Source of the DNA: Acidobacteriota bacterium
GTDB taxonomy: Bacteria; Acidobacteriota; Thermoanaerobaculia; Multivoradales; Multivoraceae
Assembly: GCA_036337765.1 (NCBI GenBank)
Contig: JAYZDP010000161.1
Location: 3,021 to 67,020 of the forward strand
Direction: 5' to 3'
Length of the DNA: 64,000 nt
Positions 9,869 to 18,784 of the stretch are shown here, piece after piece. The position numbers and the translations under genes were made by a program. Within the stretch, counting starts at the first letter, position 1; each line of letters opens with the position of its first letter. Under the pieces are notes generated by a model. The model was not told the origin of the DNA. It saw only the letters and a list, made by a program, of their open reading frames with translations, and ran no database searches.

Positions 9869-11611
9869 ATGAACGAGCGTATTCCGCCACGAAAGTACCT
9901 CCTCTTGGCCGCCCTGACGGGCCTCCTCGCGGCATTGCCCGTCGTGGCCCAGGAGGGCAATCCCGGCGTGCAGGGCAGTCACTGGACCAACGATCAACCG
10001 GTCGGTGACGGCGGCGGGCCGGTGACCGCATCGGCGCTCGAAGAGTCGCCAACGGCCGCCAACTGGCTGCACTACGGTGGCAACTACCAACAGTGGCGCC
10101 ACAGCCCGATCACGTCGCTGACGCCCTCGAGCATCGGCGACCTGCGCCCAGCCTGGATGCTACCGACGGGCATCTCGGTGCAATTCGAGGCCTCGCCAGT
10201 GGTCTACGACGGCGTCATGTACGTGACCTCGTCGTACAACCGGCTGTTCGCACTCGACGCCGCGTCGGGGAAGATCCTCTGGCGCTACGATCATAAGTAC
10301 CCGGTGGATCTGCGTATCTGCTGCGGGCCGATCAATCGCGGCGCGGCCATCTCCGGGAATGCAGTGCTCATGGCGACACTCGATGCGCGCCTGATCGCCT
10401 TCGATCGCAAGAGCGGCGAGATCCTGTGGGACGTGGAGATCGCGCCCTACGCCAAGGGCCTGAGCTCCACTTCGGCTCCTCTCGTGGTCGGCGACGTCGC
10501 GGTCATCGGTGTCGGTGGCGGCGAGTACGGCGTTCGCGGCTTCTTCGATGGCTACGACATCGAGACCGGCGAGCGCCGCTGGCGCCACTACACGATTCCG
10601 ACCGACGGCGAGCCTGGCATCGAGACCTGGGCCGGAGACTCCTACAAGAGCGGCGGCGGTGCCACCTGGGTCAGCGGCTCGTACGATCCCGACACGGACA
10701 CCCTGTTCTGGGCCGCCGGCAATCCGAGCCCGGACTGGAACGGCGATCTACGTGCCGGCGACAACCTGTACTCCGATGCGATCCTGGCCGTCGATCCGCG
10801 TACCGGCGATCGCAAGTGGCACTTCCAGGCGACGCCTCACGACGTCTGGGACTACGACGGCAACAGCGAGATCTGGGTGGTCGACATCGAGCACGACGGC
10901 GCGACGGTCCCCGCGGTCGTGCAGGCGAACCGCAACGGCTACTTCTACGCGATCGATCGACGCAACGGCGACTTCCTGTTCGCCAAGCAGTTCGTTGACC
11001 AGCTCAACTGGGCGACGCTCGACGAAAACGGCCGCCCGATCGTGGATCCGAAGATGATGCCGCAGGACGAGCCGACCCAGCGTGTTTGCCCCGGGCTGGC
11101 CGGCGGCAACCAGGGCTCCTACGCCGGTGCCTACAGCCCCGAGACCGGCCTCGCATACGTGCCGGTCATCGAGAGCTGCATGATGTTCCGCAAGGGCATC
11201 GTGGTCTTCGTCGAGGGCATTCCGTTCATGGGCGGCGAGCCGGTGGCGGTCGACACCATGGCCGGTAAGAGCTACGGCCACCTTAGCGCTATCGATGTTT
11301 CCACCGGTGAGACGAAGTGGCGCTACGAGGATCCGTACCCGATGATGGCCGGAGTCCTCTCTACCGCCGGTGGCGTGGTCGTCACCGGCAACATGGAGGG
11401 GCACATCCTGGCCTTCAACGCCGAGAGCGGCGAAGAAGTGTGGCGCTTCAACGCGGGCTCCACGATCCGCAGTCACCCGGTCGCCTACCAGGCTGACGGG
11501 CGCACCTTTCTGGCGGTGGGCATCGGCGGCGGCGGAGTTGTGGAGGCGGTGGTCGGGCGTCCGGCGATCAATCCCAACGGCGGCGTTCTGATGGTCTTCG
11601 AGCTGCCGTAG
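9869..11611 (+). CDS. PQQ-dependent alcohol/methanol dehydrogenase family, XoxF/PedH-like (lanthanide-type signature)
   Basis: Signal peptide; WLHYGGNYQQWRHSP; vicinal Cys-Cys (ICCGPINRG, 10319-10324); WDYDG with Asp at +2 of the catalytic Asp (10850-10858). Confidence 0.8.
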   Translation: MNERIPPRKYLLLAALTGLLAALPVVAQEGNPGVQGSHWTNDQPVGDGGGPVTASALEESPTAANWLHYGGNYQQWRHSPITSLTPSSIGDLRPAWMLPTGISVQFEASPVVYDGVMYVTSSYNRLFALDAASGKILWRYDHKYPVDLRICCGPINRGAAISGNAVLMATLDARLIAFDRKSGEILWDVEIAPYAKGLSSTSAPLVVGDVAVIGVGGGEYGVRGFFDGYDIETGERRWRHYTIPTDGEPGIETWAGDSYKSGGGATWVSGSYDPDTDTLFWAAGNPSPDWNGDLRAGDNLYSDAILAVDPRTGDRKWHFQATPHDVWDYDGNSEIWVVDIEHDGATVPAVVQANRNGYFYAIDRRNGDFLFAKQFVDQLNWATLDENGRPIVDPKMMPQDEPTQRVCPGLAGGNQGSYAGAYSPETGLAYVPVIESCMMFRKGIVVFVEGIPFMGGEPVAVDTMAGKSYGHLSAIDVSTGETKWRYEDPYPMMAGVLSTAGGVVVTGNMEGHILAFNAESGEEVWRFNAGSTIRSHPVAYQADGRTFLAVGIGGGGVVEAVVGRPAINPNGGVLMVFELP

Positions 11612-12400
11612 ATGCGCATGGTCAGAACGTTTCTGGTCGTGCTCGTCTTCGCCTGCGCCGCGCCAGCGGGGGCGCTCAAGGTGTGTTTCCTCGAGGACGA
11701 TCTGCCGCGCGCACACCGTGCGACCGAATCGGGCTTCGACTTCGAGATTATGAGCGAGCTTGCCGTCATTCTCGACGACGTGCTTGAGCCGGTGTGGATC
11801 CCGTCGCAGGACGGGTTCTCTGAGATCGAGTCCTCCGACCTGCCCCTCGACAAGGTCGCGAGCGGCGAGTGTGTCGCGCTGGCGTCGGTTCCTGGCGAAG
11901 CCGCGCTTGGCCGGTACCGCGACGAGCTTTATCTCTCGAAGCCTTACTACGGTGCTGGCTTCGAGCTGATCGGCGCTGCGTCTGTCGGCACGCTCGATGA
12001 ACTTCGTGGCAAGAAGGTCGCGGTGCGCCTACAGAGCCTCGCGCACGCTGCCCTGGGCGCCCTCGGGGTCGACTGGATGGTGCGTCCGACCGTCGAGGAG
12101 ATGCTGGCTCTCGTGGAAAGCGGCGAAGCCGACGCCGCGCTGGCTTGGGGACCGGCTCTGGCTCCCCTCGGTCGCAAGCCGGCGCCCGGCTTCGAGCCTC
12201 CGCAGGCGCTGCGCTGGAACGAGCATGTCGTGATCCGCGCAGACGTGCCGCTCGGCGCTTGGATCAACCTGACCCTCGATGGGCTCGCCGAATCCGGACG
12301 TCTCGAGGCGCTCGCTCACAAGTACGGGATTCCGTATCATCCACCCTTCGCCACCACCTCGGACCCGGCTGCCATCCGGCGGCTGCGTTCCGGGGGCTGA
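11612..12400 (+). CDS. Periplasmic solute-binding-like protein, MxaJ/XoxJ-like (quinoprotein dehydrogenase-associated)
   Basis: 262 aa with a signal peptide and a type-3 SBP-like sequence. Its ATG immediately follows the dehydrogenase stop. Confidence 0.55.
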   Translation: MRMVRTFLVVLVFACAAPAGALKVCFLEDDLPRAHRATESGFDFEIMSELAVILDDVLEPVWIPSQDGFSEIESSDLPLDKVASGECVALASVPGEAALGRYRDELYLSKPYYGAGFELIGAASVGTLDELRGKKVAVRLQSLAHAALGALGVDWMVRPTVEEMLALVESGEADAALAWGPALAPLGRKPAPGFEPPQALRWNEHVVIRADVPLGAWINLTLDGLAESGRLEALAHKYGIPYHPPFATTSDPAAIRRLRSGG

Positions 12401-12437
12401 GCGCCTCCCAACTACCGAGATCTTGAGGAGTCCAGAG

Positions 12438-12878
12438 ATGAGCTGGCCGAGCACCGTTCCTTGCCTGGCTGTCGCCAGCGTGATCGCCGTTGCTGGTTGC
12501 GCCTCCAGTGGCGGGCCTGTTGCCGAGGCGCCCACCGCTGCGACCGAGCGCGAGCCGGTAGTTGCGGCCGAGGCTCCCGCGCCAGCCGAAACGACGCCAG
12601 CGTCGGCCTACCTTGCAGATGAAGCCGCCCTGAAGCGGGCCAGCCAGCTTTTTCGCGCCGTGTGCACGGGCTATTGCCACACCACCGAGGGGGCCGGCCG
12701 CGAAGCTCCGGATCTGTTCGACTGCGAATCCATGCACGGTGGATCCGACCAGGAGGTCTTCACGGTCATCACGGGCGGGTTGCCGAACACGCAGATGCAG
12801 GCCTTCGGCGGCAAGCTGCCCGACGAGGATCTCTGGCGCATCGTCGCGTACCTGCGCGCCAACTCGACCTGTAGCTGA
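12438..12878 (+). CDS. Class I c-type cytochrome lipoprotein with unusual CX3CH motif
   Basis: The ATG is preceded by GAGGAG. Lipobox VIAVAGC. Haem motif VCTGYCH (12663-12680). Distal Met context NTQMQAFGGKLPDEDLWRIVAYL. Confidence 0.7.
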   Translation: MSWPSTVPCLAVASVIAVAGCASSGGPVAEAPTAATEREPVVAAEAPAPAETTPASAYLADEAALKRASQLFRAVCTGYCHTTEGAGREAPDLFDCESMHGGSDQEVFTVITGGLPNTQMQAFGGKLPDEDLWRIVAYLRANSTCS

Positions 12879-12883
12879 TCGCG

Positions 12884-13915
12884 ATGCGCGCCGGCATCTA
12901 CAGAGGCCGCGACACCATGCGACTGGAGGAGGTGCCCGTTCCGGTCCCGGGGCCTGACGAGGTCCGAGTGAAGGTCGAGGCCTGCGGTGTGTGCGGCTCG
13001 GACCTGCATGTCTACCGAAGCGACTCTCGGCAGGAGATGCTCGGGATGACCCTCGGCCACGAGTTTGTCGGTACCGTCGACGATGCGGGCTCGAGTGCGA
13101 CGTTCCGGGTCGGCGATCGGGTCACCGTCGAGCCGCTGCTGTCGTGTGGCGAGTGCGCGCCGTGTCTCTCTGGCCGCAGCACCGGCTGCGCTCAATTCGG
13201 CCTCATCGGCATGCAGCAGCCCGGCGGCTTCGCCGACTACGTGGTGGCACCGGATCGCAGGCTGTTCCACGTGCCCGACGATCTCGAGCCGGCGATCGCC
13301 GCCTTGGCCGAGCCGGTGGCGGTGTGCGTGCGCGGCATCGACCGTGGGCGCATGGAGCCGGGAGAGCACGTGCTGGTCTTGGGCGGTGGCACGATCGGGC
13401 TTCTCACGGTTGCGGTGGCGCGCCTGCGCGGCGCTGGAAAGATCTCAATCACCGCGCGCTATCCGCACCAGGCCGAAGCGGCTGTCGCGCTCGGCACCGA
13501 TGAGGTTCTCGACCCCGAGACGGTGACCTCGCAGCACATGGCAGATTCTCTTCGAGAGTCTCCGCCGACTCTCGTCGTCGAGACCGTGGGTGGCGGCGCG
13601 CCGACGGTCCAGGCCGGCTATGCGGCAGCGGCACCCGGCGGCAGGGTGGTCGTACTCGGGGTCTTCTTCGAGCCCATGACCGTGGAACCGCTGGTCCTGC
13701 TGCGCAAGGAGGTCAGCCTGATCTGGTCGCTGTGCTACGTACGCCGAGCAGACGGCGGCTCGGACTTCGCCGAGGCGATCGGGATGATCTCGAAGCACTC
13801 GGAGCTCTTCGCCAGGATCCTCACTCACCGCCGGTCGCTCGACGAGGTGGCGGACGCCTTCGCGCTTTCCGACGACAAGAGTCGCGAGACGATCAAGGTC
13901 ACGGTGTTCCCGTGA
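12884..13915 (+). CDS. Zinc-dependent alcohol dehydrogenase (MDR family, threonine/sorbitol DH-like)
   Basis: CGVCGSDLH, GHEFVGTV, structural-zinc CGECAPCLSGRSTGC, and GGGTIGL Rossmann motif. Confidence 0.85.
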   Translation: MRAGIYRGRDTMRLEEVPVPVPGPDEVRVKVEACGVCGSDLHVYRSDSRQEMLGMTLGHEFVGTVDDAGSSATFRVGDRVTVEPLLSCGECAPCLSGRSTGCAQFGLIGMQQPGGFADYVVAPDRRLFHVPDDLEPAIAALAEPVAVCVRGIDRGRMEPGEHVLVLGGGTIGLLTVAVARLRGAGKISITARYPHQAEAAVALGTDEVLDPETVTSQHMADSLRESPPTLVVETVGGGAPTVQAGYAAAAPGGRVVVLGVFFEPMTVEPLVLLRKEVSLIWSLCYVRRADGGSDFAEAIGMISKHSELFARILTHRRSLDEVADAFALSDDKSRETIKVTVFP

Positions 13916-13925
13916 GCGCGGGCCA

Positions 13926-14822
13926 ATGACCGCCGTTGCGCCCAATTCGAATCCGGCGCTGCAGGCGTTGCTCGAGCTGCTTGAGATGGAGCGCATCGAG
14001 GTCAACCTGTTTCGCGCCCAGAACGGGCCGAGCCAGCACGTCTTCGGCGGGCAGGTACTCGGCCAGGCGATCGTCGCTGCGTCGCGCACAGTCGAGGACC
14101 GGCACCTGCACTCGATCCACGGCTACTTCCTCCGCCGCGGCGACGCGTCGACTCCGATCCTCTTCGACGTCGATCGTATTCGCGACGGATCGAGCTTCAC
14201 GACCCGGCGTGTGGTCGGTATCCAGCACGGCCAGGCGATCTTCAACATGTCGTCGTCGTTCCAGCGCGCCGAGAAGGGGCTCGAGCATCAGGGGGAGATG
14301 CCCGACGTGCCGCCGCCGGAGGAGCTGCAGTCAGATCGCGGCTTTTACCGCGAGCGCGCCAAGGTCGACCCGGGCGTGGAGCGCTACTCGTTTCGCTACG
14401 AGGCGATCGAGAGCCGCCAGGTCGAGGGTCTGCACATGGTGCCGCGCCAGCGGCGTGAGGCGCACGAGCCTCGCAAGCACACCTGGATGAGGACGCGCGG
14501 TGCCTTGCCCGAAGATCCGGTCGTTCACGGCTCGTTTCTGGCTTACATGTCCGACATGGACTTCATGTCGACCTCGATGCTGCCGCACGGGCCGGAGCTT
14601 GCCTCGTACACGATCCAGGGCGCGACGCTCGACCACGCGATGTGGTTCCACCGCCCCTTCCGCGCCGACGAGTGGCTGCTGTTCTCGAAGGAGAGCCCGT
14701 CCGCGGCAGGCTCGCGAGGGTTCGTGCGCGGCCACTTCTTCGACCGCGAAGGCCGGCTGGTGGCGTCTACGACGCAGGAGTGTCTGATTCGGCTTCGAGA
14801 GCGGCGGGTGGACGTTCCGTAG
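13926..14822 (+). CDS. tesB: Acyl-CoA thioesterase II
   Basis: 298 aa, double hot-dog. LLELLEMERIEVNLFRAQ...GGQVLGQA...SIHGYFLRRGD...SLDHAMWFHRPF. Confidence 0.85.
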   Translation: MTAVAPNSNPALQALLELLEMERIEVNLFRAQNGPSQHVFGGQVLGQAIVAASRTVEDRHLHSIHGYFLRRGDASTPILFDVDRIRDGSSFTTRRVVGIQHGQAIFNMSSSFQRAEKGLEHQGEMPDVPPPEELQSDRGFYRERAKVDPGVERYSFRYEAIESRQVEGLHMVPRQRREAHEPRKHTWMRTRGALPEDPVVHGSFLAYMSDMDFMSTSMLPHGPELASYTIQGATLDHAMWFHRPFRADEWLLFSKESPSAAGSRGFVRGHFFDREGRLVASTTQECLIRLRERRVDVP

Positions 14823-16281
14823 CGGCGACCGATCCCTGCACAGCGGCTCGAGGCGGTAGGTTCAGCGCCGTCGCCTCGCCCAGGAAGGTGCGAATCTCGC
14901 CCGCTCCGAGTCCCGGAGCAGCGGCCAGTCTCCAGGCGTCGATGTCGGCTGCCAGGAGCAGCGAGCCGCGCGGCCGGCGATGCTCGAGGTAGGTGCCGAG
15001 CAGCTCGGCAGCGCCGGGCTCGAGCTCGTGCAGTTCGGCGCCGTCGATGATGACGAGCGACTTGGAGTCGTCGCGTCGGAGACGGGTGTGCAGAGCATCC
15101 CTATCCCGTTCTTCGGCGAGCTCTTTCAGCAGGTCGTCGAGGCGGGCGTAGGTGACGCTGTGGCCGGACTCGACCATCGCCCTGCCGAAGGCCGCCGCGA
15201 GCTCGGTCCGCTGTGGCCGAGGGCCGCCGGTGAGAACGAGATGGCGACAGTGCTCGATGAACCTCTCGTCGCCGATGAGCTCGCCCAAAGTACCGGCCTC
15301 CTCGCCGGCGGGCCCGGTGAGTAGCGTCGCGAGATCCGTGCTGGGCGGTAGCCGCGACGTCTTGCGAAGCCTTTCTATGGATTCGGGCCAGCTCTGTCTC
15401 GCGCTTCGTTTCCATCGGGTGTGGGGCCAGAACCAAAGCTCCGGCGCCTCGGCGACCCGGTCCTCGATCACCTTCATGTAGCGGCGCGTCAGGCGCACGA
15501 TCTCGGCCTCTCCCTTGTCTTGCGGAACGATCGGCTCGTGGAAGGTCACCGTGTAGCGGCCGTCCCCGCGGGGTACGCAGAAGATCGGCACCGCCGGCGC
15601 ACCGGTCGCGATCGACAGCTGCGCAGGGACCGACGTGGTCCAGGCGAGTCGGCCAAGGAACGGGATCAGCACACCCTCGGTCGGGCGCACCCGCTGGTCG
15701 ATCGCCATCGCGATCACTCCATCGGCGCGCAGGATGTTGAGCATCTTGTGCGCGCTACGGCGTCGGGGCACCTGTTCGACTCCCGTTCGGCGTCGCAGCT
15801 GTGCGATGTCGTCGGCCACGAGTCGATTGTTTTGGGGCCGATACAGGATGTGCATTTCGCCGACTTGCTTGGGGGCCGCGTAGGTGATGAGGTCCCAGGA
15901 GCCGAAGTGTGCGGTGAGTAGGAAGGTCCCGTTTCCTCGTTGAAGCGCACTGTGGAGATGATGCAGACCCTCGAACTCGAAGATATCGTCCAACGCTTTG
16001 CCTTCGTACCCTGAAACCGCGAGAGCTTCGAGAAAGGCAGAGCCGAAGTGTGCGAAGCAGCGACGGCCGAGCGCGTCGCAATCCTCGGCGCTCTTGGCCG
16101 GAAACGAACCGGCGAGGTTCTTCTGAGTCAGGCGACGCCGGCTGGCCAGCAGTCGGTATGCGACCCGACCGAACCACCTCCCGAAGCTCGACACCGCGCG
16201 GCGAGGCAACAGGTGAATGCCGCGACTCAATAGCCAGTAGCCGCAGTACTGCAGTCGGTGAGCGAGGCTTCGAGAGGTCAT
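14767..16281 (-). CDS. LpxL/HtrB-family (lipid A-type late) acyltransferase fused to a degenerate DnaC/IstB-like AAA+ domain
   Basis: The N-terminal ~300 aa are LPLAT/LpxL-like (...LLTAHFGSWDL...). The C-terminal ~200 aa (about 14767-15384) read HLVLTGGPRPQRTELAAAFGRAMVESGHSVTYARLDDLL...SLVIIDGAELHELEPGAAELLGTYLEHRRPRGSLLLAADID, matching the DnaC/IstB layout with altered Walker A and B. Confidence 0.65.
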   Translation of the reverse strand: MTSRSLAHRLQYCGYWLLSRGIHLLPRRAVSSFGRWFGRVAYRLLASRRRLTQKNLAGSFPAKSAEDCDALGRRCFAHFGSAFLEALAVSGYEGKALDDIFEFEGLHHLHSALQRGNGTFLLTAHFGSWDLITYAAPKQVGEMHILYRPQNNRLVADDIAQLRRRTGVEQVPRRRSAHKMLNILRADGVIAMAIDQRVRPTEGVLIPFLGRLAWTTSVPAQLSIATGAPAVPIFCVPRGDGRYTVTFHEPIVPQDKGEAEIVRLTRRYMKVIEDRVAEAPELWFWPHTRWKRSARQSWPESIERLRKTSRLPPSTDLATLLTGPAGEEAGTLGELIGDERFIEHCRHLVLTGGPRPQRTELAAAFGRAMVESGHSVTYARLDDLLKELAEERDRDALHTRLRRDDSKSLVIIDGAELHELEPGAAELLGTYLEHRRPRGSLLLAADIDAWRLAAAPGLGAGEIRTFLGEATALNLPPRAAVQGSVAATERPPAALEAESDTPAS

Positions 16282-16526
16282 TTCGGGGAGGAGACCGCCG
16301 CACCTTCAACGTAGGCCACGATGTCGCCGACGGTGTCGAGGTCGGCCGCGTCCTCGTCGCTGATCACGACCCCGGTCGACTCCTCGATCTCGATCAGAAG
16401 CTCCAGTGCCTTCGGCGAGTCGATGCCCAGATCGACCATCAGATCCATGCCGGGCTCGAGCTCGTCGACCGGCCGCTCACTGATCCGCGAGATGGTCTCG
16501 AGGGCTTTCTGCGCAGGATCGCTCAT
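16278..16526 (-). CDS. Acyl carrier protein (stand-alone)
   Basis: 82 aa with the phosphopantetheine-site context LGIDSPKALELL. ATGA overlap with the acyltransferase start. Confidence 0.8.
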   Translation of the reverse strand: MSDPAQKALETISRISERPVDELEPGMDLMVDLGIDSPKALELLIEIEESTGVVISDEDAADLDTVGDIVAYVEGAAVSSPK

Positions 16527-16709
16527 GTCTCCTCGAACTTTAGGATTGGACGCGCGCCAGCGACGTCGTATTGTGCCGGGTTGGGACTTGGTCAGAAGGT
16601 GACTAGGGCGGGGAGTGTAGCAGCGCTGAGCCCTTCCAACCTGAAGGGGCGGTGGTGCGAAGCGACCTTTGCAGTATGCTGCGCGCCGCCTCCCCCCCGA
16701 GCCGCGAAA

Positions 16710-17516
16710 ATGAAGATCCCGCGCGTCGTTCCGATCCTCGAGAAAGAGCGCATCCTGCGCCTGTTCCACCAGGCGCAGGAGGCCCAATGGTCCGCCCGCG
16801 CCATCTCCTGGGACGCTCCGCAGGTGCTGACCTCGAGCGTCTCGAAAGATCGGATGGCGCGCCTGTTGACACCGATCTTGATGAGCGAGCAGTCCGCCTT
16901 CCACTCCGCGTCGAGGCTGCTGCCGATGCTCGACGAGGCCGGGGAGGCTGAGAGCCAGTACTACATGACCACCTGGATCGTCGACGAGGCGCGCCACGCG
17001 GAGCTCTTCTATCGGCTGCTGAAGCGTTTCGATCGCGAGCCGCTGTCGCCGCGGCGCTTCCCGGCCGCCTACATGTTCCACTCGCGAAACCGTTCGGCGG
17101 AGCTGAATGTCTTTCTGTCGGGGCTTCTGATCATCGAGGTCCTGGCCAAGAAGGCGATGACCGAGTTCTTGCGGATCGACGTCGACACCGCGCTATCGGA
17201 GATCTGCGAGGGCATCCTGCGCGACGAGGCTCGCCATCTCAGCTTCAATCGCATCTACATCGAAGACCACCTTGCCGGCCTCGAGGCGTCGGACCCGGCT
17301 GTCGCGGAGGCCTGCGGCGTACGCCTGACCGATCACATGGAGAGCCTACTCGCCGGGGTCCCGGAGTTCCTGGGGAGCATGCGGGCTGACTTCGACGACA
17401 TCGGCTTTCAGACCGAGATGGTCGTCGAGGAGCTCCGCGTCGAGGCGCGCCAGCGGATGGAGCGCTCGGTCGCCAAGGGAAGGGACAGAGGCTCGAGAGC
17501 CCCTACGACCTCGTAG
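16710..17516 (+). CDS. Ferritin-like diiron-carboxylate protein (R2 / acyl-ACP-desaturase-like superfamily)
   Basis: Start at MKIPRVV. Two E...DEARH pairs (LMSEQ...VDEARHAE; IIEVLA...RDEARHLS), the classic E/ExxH x2 diiron ligand pattern. Confidence 0.6.
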   Translation: MKIPRVVPILEKERILRLFHQAQEAQWSARAISWDAPQVLTSSVSKDRMARLLTPILMSEQSAFHSASRLLPMLDEAGEAESQYYMTTWIVDEARHAELFYRLLKRFDREPLSPRRFPAAYMFHSRNRSAELNVFLSGLLIIEVLAKKAMTEFLRIDVDTALSEICEGILRDEARHLSFNRIYIEDHLAGLEASDPAVAEACGVRLTDHMESLLAGVPEFLGSMRADFDDIGFQTEMVVEELRVEARQRMERSVAKGRDRGSRAPTTS

Positions 17517-17537
17517 GCACCGAGTTCGTGACCGGCC

Positions 17538-17915
17538 TCAAGCGCCATCGAGGGTGATCTCGATCCAGGCCCGTTTGGCCTTGCGCCCGGTGAGGCTGGC
17601 GAAGAAGTCGAGGAGGCGCATCTGCAGACCGTACTTGGAACGGATCGTCCCGTGGGCCTGTTCGATGGCCGCGGCGTCGTCCATCAGGGTGGCGTTCGCG
17701 TCGTGCCACTCGCCATGCACGGCCCCTCGAGCGCCGCATGCGGCCACCCGGGCTCGGGAGGAGTTGCGCAGTCGCTTCACCTTGCCCGCCTTCGACTCCG
17801 AAAAGACGTAGTAGTGCCCGTCACGCTCCGCGAACCAGACCGGTGTTGGCACCTCTCGGCCAGTCTTTCGGAACGTGACCAGGCTGAGGTAGCTCTCACC
17901 TGCGAGGGGATCCAC
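17538..17915 (-). CDS. PPOX-class (pyridoxamine 5'-phosphate oxidase-like) F420/FMN-binding protein
   Basis: 125 aa. SYLSLVTFRKTGREVPTPVWFAERDGHYYVFS..AGKVKRLRN is typical of the PPOX class F420-dependent family. Confidence 0.7.
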   Translation of the reverse strand: MDPLAGESYLSLVTFRKTGREVPTPVWFAERDGHYYVFSESKAGKVKRLRNSSRARVAACGARGAVHGEWHDANATLMDDAAAIEQAHGTIRSKYGLQMRLLDFFASLTGRKAKRAWIEITLDGA

Positions 17916-17941
17916 GCTGCGATTCTACTTTGGCTGGTCAG

Positions 17942-18199
17942 CAACGCATCCTCGGCGCCGAGGATGCCGACTACCTGGTAGCTCTGGCCACTCAGGGTGA
18001 GGCTCGACCCCAGCAGCGACGGGTCTTCGCCGAAGCGCGTCCGCCATACGGCGTTCGAGAGGACGACCGCGGGCGGACCGCCGTACGCCTGCTCGTCCAC
18101 GGTCGGCAGGCGTCCGAGATCCGGCTGCCAGCCGAGCATCTCGAAGAATCCCTGCGTATGCTGGAGCACGGTCAACGGCGCCGAAGGTGTTGGTTGGGT
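17942..18199 (-). pseudogene. Fragment of an ADOP/MacB-type permease periplasmic domain
   Basis: Translation ...FFEMLGWQPDLGRLPTVDE...PPAVVLSNAVWRTRFGEDPSLLGSSLTLSGQSYQVVGILG matches the MacB_PCD consensus. It has no N- or C-terminal TM parts and no plausible start. Confidence 0.5.
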
Positions 18200-18293
18200 C
18201 GCGATCGGTGAACGCGACCAGACGCTGCGTTGTTTCGCGACACCCCGGCCCGCCGGCACGGAGCTTGTACGATTCCGGACCGGAGGAAGAATC

Positions 18294-18782
18294 ATGGTCG
18301 ACGCGGATCTCGCGGCTCGGATCGGACGACTGGAGGACATTGAGGCGATTCGCCGGCTCAAGGCGCGGTACTGCTATGCCTGTGACGATGGCTACGACAC
18401 CGACACGCTGGTCGATCTGTTCGTCGAGGATGCGGTGTGGGATGGCGGGGATCTGGGAGTGGCCGTCGGGCGAGAGAAGATCCGGCGATTCTTCGACAAC
18501 ACCCCGGCCGTCATGCCTTTTGCGGTCCACATGGTGATGGACCCGCTGATCGACGTCGATGGCGATCGGGCGACTGGGGCCTGGTACCTCTTCCAGGCGG
18601 CGACCTATGCGCCGGACGGCACCGCGCTGTGGGGCTCGGCTCGCTACGACGAGGAGTACGTCCGCACGGCGCAGGGCTGGAAGTTCCAGAGTCTGCGGCT
18701 GACCTCGCACTTCTGGACACCCTTCGACGCCGGCTGGCTCGAGAAGCGCTCGATATTCGAGCAGCCGCAGGAGGCCGAGTAG
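18294..18782 (+). CDS. SnoaL-like / NTF2-fold protein
   Basis: GGAGGA sits 7 nt upstream of the ATG. RLEDIEAIRRLKARYCYACDDG...WYLFQAA is typical of the SnoaL_4 family. Confidence 0.7.
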   Translation: MVDADLAARIGRLEDIEAIRRLKARYCYACDDGYDTDTLVDLFVEDAVWDGGDLGVAVGREKIRRFFDNTPAVMPFAVHMVMDPLIDVDGDRATGAWYLFQAATYAPDGTALWGSARYDEEYVRTAQGWKFQSLRLTSHFWTPFDAGWLEKRSIFEQPQEAE

Positions 18783-18784
18783 GG

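Noticed and set aside
16546-16574. TTGGAC-17 nt-TATTGT on the plus strand as the promoter of the diiron gene.
   Set aside because: It is a plausible hexamer pair, but it lies ~135 nt upstream of the ATG in a divergent region. There is no supporting evidence, and such matches occur by chance.
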